Origin: Vitrella brassicaformis CCMP3155
Taxonomy: Eukaryota > Protista > Chromerida
Reading direction: 5' to 3'
DNA length: 64,000 nt
Assembly: GCA_001179505.1 (NCBI GenBank)
Contig: CDMY01000380.1
Coordinates: 1-64,000 of the forward strand
Made by a program: the position numbers and the translations under genes
Notes under the pieces: model-generated
The model's database searches: none
What the model was told of the DNA's origin: nothing
What the model saw: the letters and a program-made list of their open reading frames with translations, nothing else
Shown: piece by piece, positions 11,801 through 23,937 of the stretch
How the letters are laid out: each line of letters starts with the position of its first letter
Position numbering within the stretch: position 1 is the stretch's first letter

Positions 11801-13321
11801 CAGGTACATCCAGAGCTATCAAGGCAATTAAACACGCATGCATCCTCTCTCTCTGCACTGTCTCTGTGTATGCCCTAGGTGTGGCTGATGATTTGGAGAA
11901 GGGTCTCATTAGCAGCAAATGGGAACACAGGTTAGCCTACAAAACCGCAAGCTGGCAAGCAGACATACATGGACGTGTTGTGCTTACACTGGTGTCAGCC
12001 AACTCGGCGATTTCTTTATGCACAAGTATTCATGGGACGTGTTGTCCGCCCGCTCCATTTGGGCATTTGGACCCGACGCACAGGGACCAAACATGCTGCT
12101 CGACGAAACTCTGCCCACAGATGTGCAGCAGCAACTAGGAACAGCAGACCTTGGGGCTCCGCAACCTGTCTGCTGTTTGCAGGTTGACAAGGCTCTGTTG
12201 GGTACAGTGAGAGATTTGATCGTCCAGGGCTTTCAGTGGGCAACACGAGAGGGGCCGCTCATTGAAGAGAATATACGGTGCACAAAACCAAGAAAGGAGA
12301 AGGCAGGGAAAGTCAGCGGACGTAGCTGTGTGTTCTGTCTATTCAGCAACGTGAAGTTTAAGTTAAACGATGCGCTGATTGCCAGCGACCCCATCAGCAG
12401 GGGAGGGGGACAAATCATACCCACAGCAAGGTACAGGCAGCAGAGACCAAATCTGCATGGCTCATCCATCCGTGCACATACGTGTGTGTGTGTGTGTGTG
12501 TGTGCAGGCGTGTGGCCTATTCGGCTTTTCTGCTGGCTACTCCCCGCCTGATGGAGCCCGTCCTATACAGCGAGATTCAGTGTCCCGCAGACTGCGTGTC
12601 AGCTGTGTACACAGTCCTAGCCAGGTCAACCGATTTGAGGCAGCATACACGTAGGGGACATTTGAGTCTGGACTATTCTCGTTCAGGCGTCGCGGTCGTG
12701 TGGTTCGTGACCTTCCCAAGCCAGGGACGCCCCTGTACATCTGTCAGGCGGTGCTACCGGCCATCGAATCATTCGGATTCGAAACAGACCTCAGGTGAAA
12801 CATACAAGCACCGGGGAGATCGGCACGTGGTGACCGCTCTGTTTGTCTGTTGTGTATCAGGACCCACACATCTGGCCAGGCATTTTGCATGTCGATGTTC
12901 GACAGGTGGGAAGTCGTCCCTGGCGACCCACTCGACAAGGTGACACCTGCCTGCTAAACCCGAACCATCCTGTGTAAGGCGGGCACGCCCTTGTGTGTGT
13001 GCGTGAGCAATTCAGTCGATCGTCTTGCGTCCGTTGGAGCCTGCGCCGCACCAGCACCTCGCCAGAGAATTCCTGCTGAAGACAAGGAGAAGAAAGGTGA
13101 CCTGACCAACCGCCCATGTGTGCGTTGCTCGTGTTGGCACCTAGATGGTGTTCCTCAGGGTTTGAGTGAAGACGTGGCTTTGCAGAAGTACTTCGACGAG
13201 CCGATGCTCAAGGAGCTCAGAGGGCGAGAGGAAGGTACAAACCACGCATTGTGCGCGTATGTATGTGCCTCACGTGTTTCCGTGTGTGTCAGATTTCCAG
13301 GACTTCCAGGCCTACTTTTAA
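8894..13321 (+). CDS. EFTUD2: U5 snRNP 116-kDa GTPase (Snu114), multi-exon
   Basis: Acidic N-terminus with [12 protein letters not shown]1 [13 protein letters not shown], then [38 protein letters not shown] and [19 protein letters not shown]. Ends DFQAYF*. Confidence 0.97.
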
Positions 13322-13626
13322 ACCTGGCGGCCAAAGTTCTGTTTTCGATGCACATCATATTCTCCAACAAACCTCTCCAGTCACACTATATAGCGTCAGG
13401 CATCAGACATCTTGCATTGCATTAAGCTGACTTAGTCGACGATTCCGGCGAGATGAATGTTGAGTAGTTTGATGAATGGCTGATCAGCTGGAACTTTCAA
13501 ATTCACTCAATACCACAATAACTCGCCAGTTTCCACAGGAGAGACTGGCGGACATCGCAATGTACTCATGAAGCAAAACCCTCACTGAGGCCACAGCCAA
13601 CCTTGTACGCAGTGCATATATGCCCA

Positions 13627-13920
13627 TGAACGAACGACATCTATACAATATCAACAGGTGGCTACAATCAACGCTCTCCTTCCTCCTCTTCTTCTTCTTC
13701 TCCGAGATGCCCGACTCACATGCCCCCTGCATGTGTGCTGCGCCAGGTCGGTTGACCTGGCGAGGACTGTGTACACGGCTGACACGCAGTCTGCGGGGCG
13801 CTGTAAGGACGACCTCCCCCTCCTCCTCCACGCAGAAGAAGAGGAGGGGGAGGGGGGAGGAGAGTGAGTAAGGATTGTTGATTGTAGCCACCTGTTGATA
13901 TGTTTAGACGGTTTGTTCAC
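13627..13920. mobile_element. Small foldback: inverted AP2-element tails enclosing a captured EFTUD2 fragment
   Basis: A perfect 25-bp inverted repeat lies at 13648-13672 and 13877-13901 (gttgattgtagccacctgttgatat). The interior 13711-13803 is a diverged reverse complement of 12578-12670. Confidence 0.8.
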
Positions 13921-14760
13921 TCGAACCACGCCCGAGTAGTGACAGATCTGTACAACGAAACGGCCGGGAGAGCAACTCAACGACAACGAAGCCCGGGCCC
14001 GCAAGCACGCTCGCGAGGTGCTGTCACGTCATCTAGCTGTGACACGAGTCATGACACACACGAATGACAGCTTCGTCAGGGACTCTCACGCCTGAGCAGC
14101 CGGTCCTATGATGATTGACGTGTAACGATGCCCCGGGGGCCACACACGCGTTGGTCCACGGCTGTGTGTTAACGTTGCCATCTGTTTGTCCGCCGGTGCC
14201 AGTGTAGGGAGCAGTGTTCAACGTGTGCATGCTCTTATGCATGTATATGGTGCTAGTTTAGTGCGTGACATGACAGGACAAATGGAGTGCCTGTAACTGC
14301 ATCCATGCGACGTCATACGCAAACGAATGGTCATTGGGGGGTTGGGCCATTCCAATGGCGAAGCGGAGGAATGTTGCAGGGTGCATGAGATGACACGTCA
14401 ATACACACGACAGCTCAGATCAGTTTCACGGATCTTGCTCTAGCTGAAAGCTGAGCTGGTGGGTGGTTATCAGGTCCCAGTTTACCGGCGCGGAACCAAC
14501 TTTTTTTCCAGGGGGTCTTTTCAAGATCTGCTTTGTGATGGTTGTGGAGGGGGTCACTGCGAGGAACGAGTTTGCTTCGAGCTTCAAATCCGCTCACGCG
14601 TCCGCGCGAAAAACGGCGGCAAAAAACCCGGAAAATCGGTTTTTGGCTGTTTTCTCTCGGGTTTATGGTGCGTTCGCCGCGCAAGTCTGAGTGTGAGTGC
14701 TCCTTCGTCTGCTCTGTCCTCACGCAAGCGGTCACGCGCTCTGCCTTCCGTGAAACACGA

Positions 14761-15600
14761 GAACCAGCCACCGAAAGTTGACGCTGCCATCAACCCAAAT
14801 CACCACAATTGTGTCAATGCATGATACGTTTCGCTATGCTGTGTTCACACGCAAGCGCTACTGGCTTTTCGTTCCGTCAGAAAGAAGAACCAGTCACTGA
14901 AAGGTTACACAGCCATGAACCATCAGTCACACAATGCGTCGCTCAGGGCACAACTGCTTTACGTTCTCTTTCGTACGCAAGTGGCCGTCGCTCTTCGACC
15001 CGCAAACGAGACCATAGCCGCTGAAAACTTGCTCACCGCTAACTCAACCGCAGTGTCCCTGCACACGCTTCAAGGTCGATCTGGTTGATGAAATATATGT
15101 ACACGGACGCTGCGAGAGACGAGTTTGGTTCTAATTGCAATTGCGCCCTGGCGTTCGGGTAAAACGTGGCGAACACTGGTGTCTGTTGCACGGAAATCGG
15201 CATTTTGTGCTGATTTCTCTCGGGACTCTCATTTATTCGACGCAAAAGCATGTATGTCTGATACATTTCGCCACGCTGTGTTTGGACGCAAGCGGCCGTT
15301 GCCCTGCGCCGTCTTGAGAAAGAGAACCAGCCACCGAAAGTTCACACAGCCGCCAACCTAAATCAGCACGATTGTGTCAATGCATGATACATCTCGCTAT
15401 GCTGTATTCACACGCAAACGACCATCGCTCTCCGCCCCGTCAAAAGGAGAACCGTCACCGAAAGTTTACACAGCCGTCGATAATCCCAAACTATCTGGAC
15501 ACACCTCTCCCACTTCGGTCCTCACGCATGTGGCCGTCGCTCTCTTCGCCTCAAAAGGACAACCAACCAATAAAGGTTTACACACCCCAACCACCAAACG
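14761..15600 (+). repeat. Degenerate tandem/direct repeat array
   Basis: A roughly 100-bp block at 14761-14860 recurs at about 15323-15420. The core gaaccagccaccgaaag(g/t)t and its variants occur at about 14763, 14887, 15325, 15450 and 15560. Confidence 0.7.
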
Positions 15601-15632
15601 GTGTGCATCGTGGGTTGTCAAACGTGTGGATT

Positions 15633-16162
15633 AATTCGTTATCACGTGAAAAGGACTTTCTCTCATGACAAAACAGACTCCTTGCCAGCGCCAGGCAAGC
15701 CTTGAGCCCTTACAGGCCCGAATGAATCGAATGCGACGCATTTGCAGTGAAGTGCTTGTGCGAAACTCACAAACGACGCGAGCCATGACGCGAGCAGAAA
15801 ACACTTCGCCATGCAATGACAGGGCGTCAGTCGAGTCACATGAATGTGTGCGTGCTTGTCAGTCAATCAATGAATTGATTCACTTCATTCATTCATTCAT
15901 TCATTCAGTGAATCACTGCATCACTGCATCACTACAGACAACCCTCCTCGGTTGCTTCGCTTGGGAGACGGCCGTGATGACTCAAGAGAGAATGACAGAG
16001 TGATTCGTTCGTTCATGCCTTATCCAGCGGCACGTCCCATTGCAGAATCACTATCATGACACTGATGTGTGAGACCTCTAAAGAGGAGCAGAGCGATCAC
16101 AGGAGTGCACGCTGAAGTCTGTTTTCACCTGAGAAAAAGTCCGTTTCAGGTGATAACGAATT
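15633..16162. mobile_element. MITE copy A (about 530 bp, about 47-bp imperfect TIRs, AATT at both ends)
   Basis: Left end aattcgttatcacgtgaaaaggactttctctcatgacaaaacagact versus reverse-complemented right end aattcgttatcacctgaaacggactttttctcaggtgaaaacagact. An inverted paralog lies at 38138-39101. Confidence 0.8.
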
Positions 16163-16829
16163 GATCATCCCGTCAGGCATGCTTTCGCACCCCGCTCTGT
16201 TCTTTTGCAGCCACTCATGTGCTTCAGCCCGCCGTCCATTGAGCGCCACCCCCGGCCAGGCCAATGTAAAAGCCGAAAGGTGCACAGTGTTCTGAGAGCT
16301 TTTCTTTGTGTGTCGTTGTTTAGTGCCAAGTCTCTTCTACAATAACCACAATTTCAGTTCTGTCAGTAGACCACACGGTTTGACTAACTAAAGAATACTA
16401 AAGAGTCGTCTGAGACACTCTGAGAGACGGCTTGTTGCGATGATTGGGGTTTGTCAGAGGGGGAAAAAGATGCTCTGCTCACTTGTAAAGTCCTACGTGC
16501 TAAACAAAGACCCAACAAGGAGAGAAAGTAGAGGTTTGACGGAAAGCCGAGATGATGATGCAAGATGGAGGGCCCTTCCCAGGCCTGACACTGCCTCAGC
16601 TTCGGAATCCGTTCCTGAATGTAAGAGGAGCGAGATGTCTCCTTTCCGTGCATCGAAGTAATCCGAGCTCTAATTACAGCATCCGTATACCCTTTCCTTA
16701 CATTCTTTGCTCCGTTTAGGTTAATTCATCCGTTGCGAGCACGATCTCTTGTCTGGTTATCCGTGAAGAAGTGATGACACCCCGTGCAAGCCTCCTCCTC
16801 TGCCACACATCTTTTAAAACGTCCCAAAT

Positions 16830-18550
16830 GTGCCAAAAGATATTTAAACCGGCAAACCGCGGAGAAATATTTAAAAGAACGCAAACAAATAAAGAATTGA
16901 GGAGAAATTTTAAAAAATCCGATAAAGAAGGAACGCAATCTAAAAGCCGCACAGCACACATTAGACAGACATAAGATTACATACAACACATAGAGACATG
17001 CATACATAATTCATAATTCATACAAACAGCCAGACAGTGTCGGCAGATGCACCACATGCATTCACAGAGACAGACAGTCGGGGCTTGTACGTACACGATT
17101 AAATGGCTTTCACGCACGTGTTCTACACTAAGGAAGAAACGGACAAGGGCTGTCGTGTGCATCCCCCGGCCTAACTCCCGCCGGGGTCTCGAATGATGAG
17201 CATGGGAATGAAGGGGTTTCTCGTGCTGATGAAGGGACGGAAGACTCAGTGCGCGGCAGTTCCTGCTACTGTTGCTTCCCTCGTTGGTGCATTTGGCATG
17301 AAAGTGGAACACGCTCTCCCACATTTACGCCCGGTGCTTAGGGCAACACTGGAGACGGAAAATGGCCGACCGGGGAATTCCGCATCGCTCCCCTCTTACT
17401 CCGCAGGGATCGGGGACGAACTTGCCAATCTTCGACAAACGAGCGTTCTTTCGTTTGGCCAGTCCAGTAATCTCAGGCGAGAAAAATCTGATAGTGTTCT
17501 CGCCTCTCACCTTTCTGCTTCCCCTCCAGCACTCCTGTCGTTCCAAAAGGCCTTCCCTGGCGACTCTCAAGAAAAAAGAGAGAGTCGATTCTGCGTGGCT
17601 GCCGACGCGCCTCACTGATACTGTGATTGACGTCGCGTGCGTGTTCGTGTGCGCGTGTGTGTTAGGTGTGGACAGACCTTCGTGTGTTACACAAGTGAAA
17701 GCCTCTTCTCCGTGTCTCCCAATCGTCGACCAACGAACAATTATTTCACAGATCGTTCTCCACTACTGTAGACACAGCTCGTCTCAAAGACAGCTCATCC
17801 ATAGGCGGCGAGCAGGAAGGAGTTTTTGTCACTGTCTGTGGGTTTTCTCCTCCCGCAGCCGAGGTGCATCAGTCAGCGGATGTGTTGATGTGAAATGGAT
17901 CATGTGTCATATTCATGCGCCTTCTACACCCTGCAGTCAACAATGGTGCTGTTCGGAGCCCAGCACGTGAAGGGAGGGAATGCTGCAGGGTGGCTTGAAA
18001 TGACACACCGATGCCCAACACGAGAAGCATGACACTGAAGGACATTTCGCCTCCTTGCTGATGATGTACCGCTGCGCTGGTGAAGGGAGATGCCAGCATC
18101 TCTCCCATATGTTCCAAATGAAGCAGCATAGGGTAGCCGTTGACATGAAACCGAACTCTGCACAAAATGACGGTCAAAGAAAGGCGGTTGCCTCCAAATA
18201 TGCCAGTAAATCGAGGAAACAAGAAAACACGGGGATGGTGAGGATTCGTTGTCTCTGTGTCTTAATGTCGTTCGTTGAAGTTCTTGTTCGCTCTGGTGTG
18301 GCCACACTCGGGACCTCCGGAGGTCTGCATAGCGTCCATCGTCCCTGCATCACACTCTACCACTAGACACCGCTCCACCGGCACAACCCCCCTGCCCGGG
18401 AGCAATGCGCGTGATAATCTTATGCAGTAGTTATGAGACAGGATTGGCCAGGATATGACCGTTATGTACAGTGTCTCAGCTGCATGCGATGGCGTGCGTG
18501 AGGCTCAGTGACGAACATTCTCTTCACTCACATCGGATCTGACATTATGC
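16830..18550. repeat. Dispersed non-coding repeat family
   Basis: 16950-17040 matches 37790-37870. 16830-16860 matches 46000-46030. 18068-18105 matches 45858-45897. 18512-18545 matches 46145-46175. Confidence 0.65.
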
Positions 18551-18619
18551 ATCTTATGCATAGTCGTTTGTAGCCGTTCAGTCCCTCATTCATTCACTGC
18601 ATGGCCATTCTCAATATGC

Positions 18620-18659
18620 TAAAGTTAAGGGAAGACATATGTGACTTCCCTTAACTTTA
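18620..18659. repeat. Perfect 15-bp inverted repeat (hairpin)
   Basis: taaagttaagggaag, a 10-nt loop, then cttcccttaacttta. Confidence 0.85.
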
Positions 18660-18865
18660 TTAACCGAGCCAACTCTCCCCCTTATTAGTTAAGGGAGGCC
18701 AGGCCTAATTAACCGAGGGGAGATGTGGCTAGACCGTAGAAGGAACGGATGGGCGGACCTGCCGTGGAGTGAAGGTGCGGCGGATGGACTCCAAGTGGGT
18801 GAATTATCCGTGAATCGCAACCCAGCGATGAATTTATCTTGACGCCCTCGCCGAAACGAGTCCTC

Positions 18866-19942
18866 ATGATATTCCTTTTTCTACTCGTTACTGATTTCGT
18901 CGTTCTAAGCCAGAGCCTGCGGGTGGGTGCCTACACAGATGCCTCCGGCGTATTTGTCCGGAAGGACATGCCCGTGTCGGCTCAAACACACAATTACACC
19001 GGCGGTCCCGTTCCAACGCGTGACAACATTTTCGTTTTGTGGTGTGGCAAGCGTCCAGACACCCATGTTTCCCACCAACTTCAACACTTACTGAAGGGTA
19101 TATCCTTCTTTCAGCCCCAATCGCCCGTCTACTTCATTACCGAGAGGAAGATCCTATCAGCGAGTCTGGAGAAAAAATTGACTGCTTTCCCCAATGTACA
19201 CCCAGTCTTTTGGTCTTCTTCTTTTCTTGACGGCACTCCAGTCGAAGGCATCCAACCTGAGGAGCCGAACTGGGTAGAATTTAGCGATGTCGTTCGGGTA
19301 GTGGTACTTTGGCGCTGGGGCGGGACATACATCGACGCGGATGATCTTATGGTTGGCCCACTTATCCGGGATCTCAACGTTCTTCCCATCCTAGAATGGC
19401 CCGGGATGGAAACAATTAGTTGGAAGAACGCCACTCTCCCCTTGGTGGATGGTCGGCACAAGCACAACCCCAGCTTAAACCCAGAGTGGAATTTCCAAGC
19501 CCAAGCCGACCCCATGGTCAACTTTGAGCCAGGAAATCCCTTCTTATGGGCCTGGATGCAGAAGATGGCGGAGAATCGATCAAGTAGAGATTGGGGTCAA
19601 ATTATTCCCACAGAGATTATCCGCGCCCGTCCAAAGGAATTTGCTCGACATATCCACCTCGTCCCCCAACACTATCTCTTGATCCACCCCGCCTTTGCCC
19701 GGTTTTTTAAAGGCCAGGGGCCTCTCTTCCCACCTTATGATCTCCGTTTGGCCAATCTACCTATGTATGACACACCCATCACCAGGGACGAGTTCATGTC
19801 TGTCTGGGAAGAAATTGGGAGGGCAGAGTATAGTTCTTTCTTAGTCAAAAATTCAGGAATGAGAGGATGGAAAAGTAAAGGTGCCCTGCTTGACTTTCCT
19901 AGCTGGGTGGCCCATACGGACCCCAGCGAACTGAAACGTTGA
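18866..19942 (+). CDS. Intronless GT32 (DXD) glycosyltransferase with N-terminal signal/anchor
   Basis: A single uninterrupted ORF with the GT32 signature FSDVVRVVVLWRWGGTYIDAD. The first in-frame ATG at 18866 gives MIFLFLLVTDFVVLSQS. Confidence 0.85.
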   Translation: MIFLFLLVTDFVVLSQSLRVGAYTDASGVFVRKDMPVSAQTHNYTGGPVPTRDNIFVLWCGKRPDTHVSHQLQHLLKGISFFQPQSPVYFITERKILSASLEKKLTAFPNVHPVFWSSSFLDGTPVEGIQPEEPNWVEFSDVVRVVVLWRWGGTYIDADDLMVGPLIRDLNVLPILEWPGMETISWKNATLPLVDGRHKHNPSLNPEWNFQAQADPMVNFEPGNPFLWAWMQKMAENRSSRDWGQIIPTEIIRARPKEFARHIHLVPQHYLLIHPAFARFFKGQGPLFPPYDLRLANLPMYDTPITRDEFMSVWEEIGRAEYSSFLVKNSGMRGWKSKGALLDFPSWVAHTDPSELKR

Positions 19943-20399
19943 AAAGTGAAATTCCAGGATACGGACCAGTCAGGAAGCAGAGAGAGACGCTATTGTGCCG
20001 CCGGTTCCTCAGTAGATGAGGGATAGGGGTGACCGACTCTGGTGGTAATGGGATCGGCGAATGGTTAGGTGGATGATGCGAATGAGAGAATTGCGATGTC
20101 CAGGTCACATCAGCCTTTCAACACATCTCCAAGGTCCGCAGAGCCGAAAGGCTGGCCGGACAAGCTCAGCCGCAACTTCTGTACGGTGAGTGCCCACCCA
20201 AAGGACAGGTCTTTTCAATGCAATGCATAGCGAGCGTGCCCTTTTCACTGCGTCTGCATATGCATATCTAAACCCTACACAATACATGCATATACAATAC
20301 ATGTATGTACAACACATGTATGTATATGCAACACAACGACATGCGTCTGTGCAGTCAATGAGCGTTGTCCATTGTTTCTGCATGTATTGTTTCCCTTCG

Positions 20400-21300
20400 C
20401 TTGATACGAACTGATGTAGGGTGAGCGTAGGCGAAGTCGATGGATTTCACACAGTGCCACACAGACTAGGCAAGGACTAATCGTCTTCCTCTTCTTCCCC
20501 GCCCTTGTGCAGATAGCCACACACTCATCATTCTTCACCTCCAACATGACCTGGGCCTTTCCTGCCTCAGCGGCGAGCTCTAACGAACGCACCTCCTCCC
20601 GTGCCCACTCCCTATACTCCTCAACAGCCATCTCAATATATCTATATCCTCTCTCTCAGCTGACAACACTGGGAATTTCTTGTAGAACATGGGGACCCGC
20701 TTGTGCTTGAGCTGACACTGAATATAGACCCTGCTGACTTGGGAATCATATGGGTCTCTCGTGAGTGCAACAGACAGGTGCTTCCTGTCTGGCCAACCTA
20801 GGATATCTGTAGGGCAGCCCTTCTTTTCTCTAGGGCACTCCTTCTCGTCTCTGGGGGACAAAAAAGTCCAGCCGCCTATTTACCGCTGCCTTCACCTCCG
20901 CGGCCTCCTTCTGGCTGGCGAACCTGTAATCTGACATGTCCGTGGCGTCCCAACCGAGGCGCCTCCGTATGTGCTCCCTTCAAACAGTGGCTTCCTGAAT
21001 GGCGTCCTGGACGGTCTCCTGGGTGGCTGAGAGGATGCGGAAGTAACGGCGGTGGCGACCCCAGGCACCCACGTGCACGTTTGTGCAAAGCCAGCTGCAG
21101 AGGGGCTCTCTCCATCGCACGCTGCCGAAGTAGATCTGTCGCTGTCTGGCAACAAGAATCAATCTCGTCAGGACTCATCCCTTTGCCGTAGATCCTCTTT
21201 CTGTCATCCTGCATGTCGCATTTCTCGAGAATTTTCTCGATCTCCTCTAACTCATCAGTGCGGTCAAAGAATAGACGAATGTCCTGAAGATGACAGGTGT
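20400..21300 (-). pseudogene. Transposase-like remnant with a piggyBac-style C-terminal Cys-rich domain
   Basis: Coding blocks are interrupted by an in-frame TGA (about 20981) and frameshifts. The C-terminus CVAICTRAGKKRKTISPCLVCVALCEIH resembles the C-x2-C...C-x2-C...C-x2-H domain. No TIR or TTAA site was found. Confidence 0.4.
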
Positions 21301-21499
21301 CCCTACTGAACCTCGCCACTGAAAGAAACAAACAAGAGACACTTCCATGTCATGTCTCTACCCTTCTTTCACTTACATGGTCACCGCATCCCACTTGAAG
21401 CTGCATACGCCACCCATGTGGGTCGTGGGGATAATGTTGTTGGTCAGGAGGAATGTCCGAGAGGTCTGGTCAGGAGGAATGTCCGAGAGGTCTTAATGT

Positions 21500-22180
21500 C
21501 GTCCCTTTCCCAGGCAGCCTGGGCCGCTTTCTCGAGAGGGCGGCCCACTGCGGTGAGGAGGAGTACGACGACGACGACGACGACTTGGACACGATCGTGG
21601 TGATTGAGTTGGATGGCGATAAGGACCGACAGGCGGCCGTCAAGGAGATGGTCGGTCTCCCAGCCGAGTCGCCCACCGAGCCACGCCCGTCCCCCGCAGC
21701 AGCAGCAGCTGGCACGTCGTCCTCCACCCGGCCCCCTGCTCGTCTGGCAGCGTCCTCAGCGTCTGGTGCCAAGGATGTCATTGAGCTAGATGGGGCGGGG
21801 GAAGGGCAACGGGGGGACGTAGTGATGACGGGCATTAGAAAGAGGCGACCAGCAACCACAGGCACCCCAGCAGTAGCCACCCCAGCAGCAGCCACCCCAG
21901 CAGCAGCCACCCTTGCAGCATCTGCTCGACAAGGAGGCTGAGAGGGAGGCGCTGGAGACGGCATACGGCCTTACGACGTGCCAGTGGTCGATCAGCAGAC
22001 CATCGAGCCTGCCCACATGCTGGAGACCACCTTCGCCAGCTTCGTGTTGCGACTCCCCTACTCCGATGACGACCGGCTCGATCTGCACACCAACATAGTG
22101 GGTGCATGTCTGAGGCTGACAGAGGATTACTGGAGAACCTTCACGCAGGTCCGCACCTATAGAAAGGCAAACACAGGAAA
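21500..22180 (+). pseudogene. Frameshifted low-complexity ORF with SIM-like motifs
   Basis: DDDDDDLDTIVVIELDGD, KDVIELDG and GDVVMTG are followed by two frame changes. Confidence 0.3.
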
Positions 22181-23937
22181 AGTGATGATTGTCTTGCTCT
22201 GCCCGTTGAACGTTCGATCGCGATCGTATGAACCGCCTGCTGTGCGTCGTGGATGAGCTCCACCGCCCTCAGCCGTAGACCGCCGGACGGCCTGGTGTTT
22301 GTTGGCGAATGCATCGCTGTCCGTGTGGCTCCTGCTTTATGGGCTTTGCACACGCGTTTAGCGCCTTGGAATATAAGGAGGGTGCCACAGGCAGGTTGGC
22401 CGGCCATTGTGGCGCGGCAACACAATCATGCACGCCTCATGATATATCCACACGTACGACACAGCACAAAGTTGGAAGGAAACACGGTTGCGTGTCTGTC
22501 TGTCTGTCTGTCTGTTCCCTGTCTTGTAGGCGAGACGCTCTTCGGTGATCTCGACGGCTGCACGTCGAGCGGCGTCTCTTGGCGTTCCTGGCGTCTCTCC
22601 TCGGCCAGGGAGGTGGCATTCCTCCTGCCCAGCCGGCGGACCCATTGAGCAGCTTCGTGGACGTTCTCTTCATCGTCGTCTGACTCTGATGGGGCTCATT
22701 CAACAAGTTTGGGCAGCTGATGGATACGATAGTGGTCATGTCGCACATCGCGCCGACCAATACGGGTCGACTCCGCAACTATCTGCTGCTGAATCAGCAA
22801 AAGATAGTCGCGAGAAGGACCTCTGCTTTGACGGCAACCTACAGGAGGCATTCTATTGTGCCGTGACGAACCGGCCTGCCACCGACGCCGGTTATGGAGC
22901 CTCACCTTGCTATGATGGTGCTCACCTAGTGAGTTTCTAGAGACAGCCAGGGTGTTATCTATGGACACAGTCATTTCGTAGTCATTTCGTCATTGAATTC
23001 GACACAGTCATTTCGTCATGGTCGAGTCTGTCGGCACCCACCGGTATGCCATAGCTGCATAGTGACCAGCCGGCCACATGCCCCGACCACCGGAAGGGGG
23101 TGTGATGGCCGGCTCCGTGTCTCGTGTAGCACCGTGGGACATTCAGAAACACCCTCCTGCTCCCTAGCGTGTGATGCATGATTGCCCGTGCGACCGAATG
23201 CCGCCAAGAGCCGGCCGCTGCTGCTGTCTTAGTTTTTTGCCACGTGTGGAGTTGCCTGTCGCCCTCTGTGGAGGTCCTGAGTGCTAATGTAAACTACGTG
23301 CATCAGCCGGCATACAACATTGCTAGTGTGATTTCATCGGCCGTCTTTATGCAATGTCATGGCGGTGTGCGGTGTGTCTCAGTTTGTTTCATTCACCACC
23401 ACACATCGCCACATAATGTATGACTGCACTACCACAGGTGCGGAACGAACCGATTGTTGCGCCGCTGCTGTTCACAGCCTCACGCCCGAATGTTTATCAC
23501 TGGCAAGGAGGCACTACCACCCATCACCGCTGGTGGACTCCCGTTGAACCCAAACCCTCGCAATCCCCTTCCTCGCTCACGCACTCGCCAGTCGTTATCT
23601 CCCCTCTGGGAAGCATTTTCTGAAGCAGCAAAACTAAGAATGCGGCGGCTAAACTACATACAATAAAAAATGACTTTCGATCCCGTGGGTTACGCCGCAT
23701 TGCGAAAATCCGTGTAACTCGAGCGGATGCCTCCCTTACACCTCTTGCGAGTGAATGCAGAGTAGTCATTCACTCAGAGAGCATGTCCAGAAGGCTAGGA
23801 GTAAATGACAGAGCTGTGTTTGTCCATCCCAACACTGTCGCCGATTGCCAATCACGATGCAGCAAATAGGAGCGCGTACTCACTCTGCTGTTTTATCTCA
23901 CTGCTCAGTGCTATTCGCTATCCTTCTTCTTCCTTTG

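Noticed and set aside
14020-14410. TGACA/ACGTCA and TGCATG motif cluster as a promoter
   Set aside because: No adjacent gene start was identified and such short motifs are common throughout the window.
20975-20990. In-frame TGA as recoding or selenocysteine
   Set aside because: The same ORF has frameshifts, so pseudogenisation is the simpler explanation.
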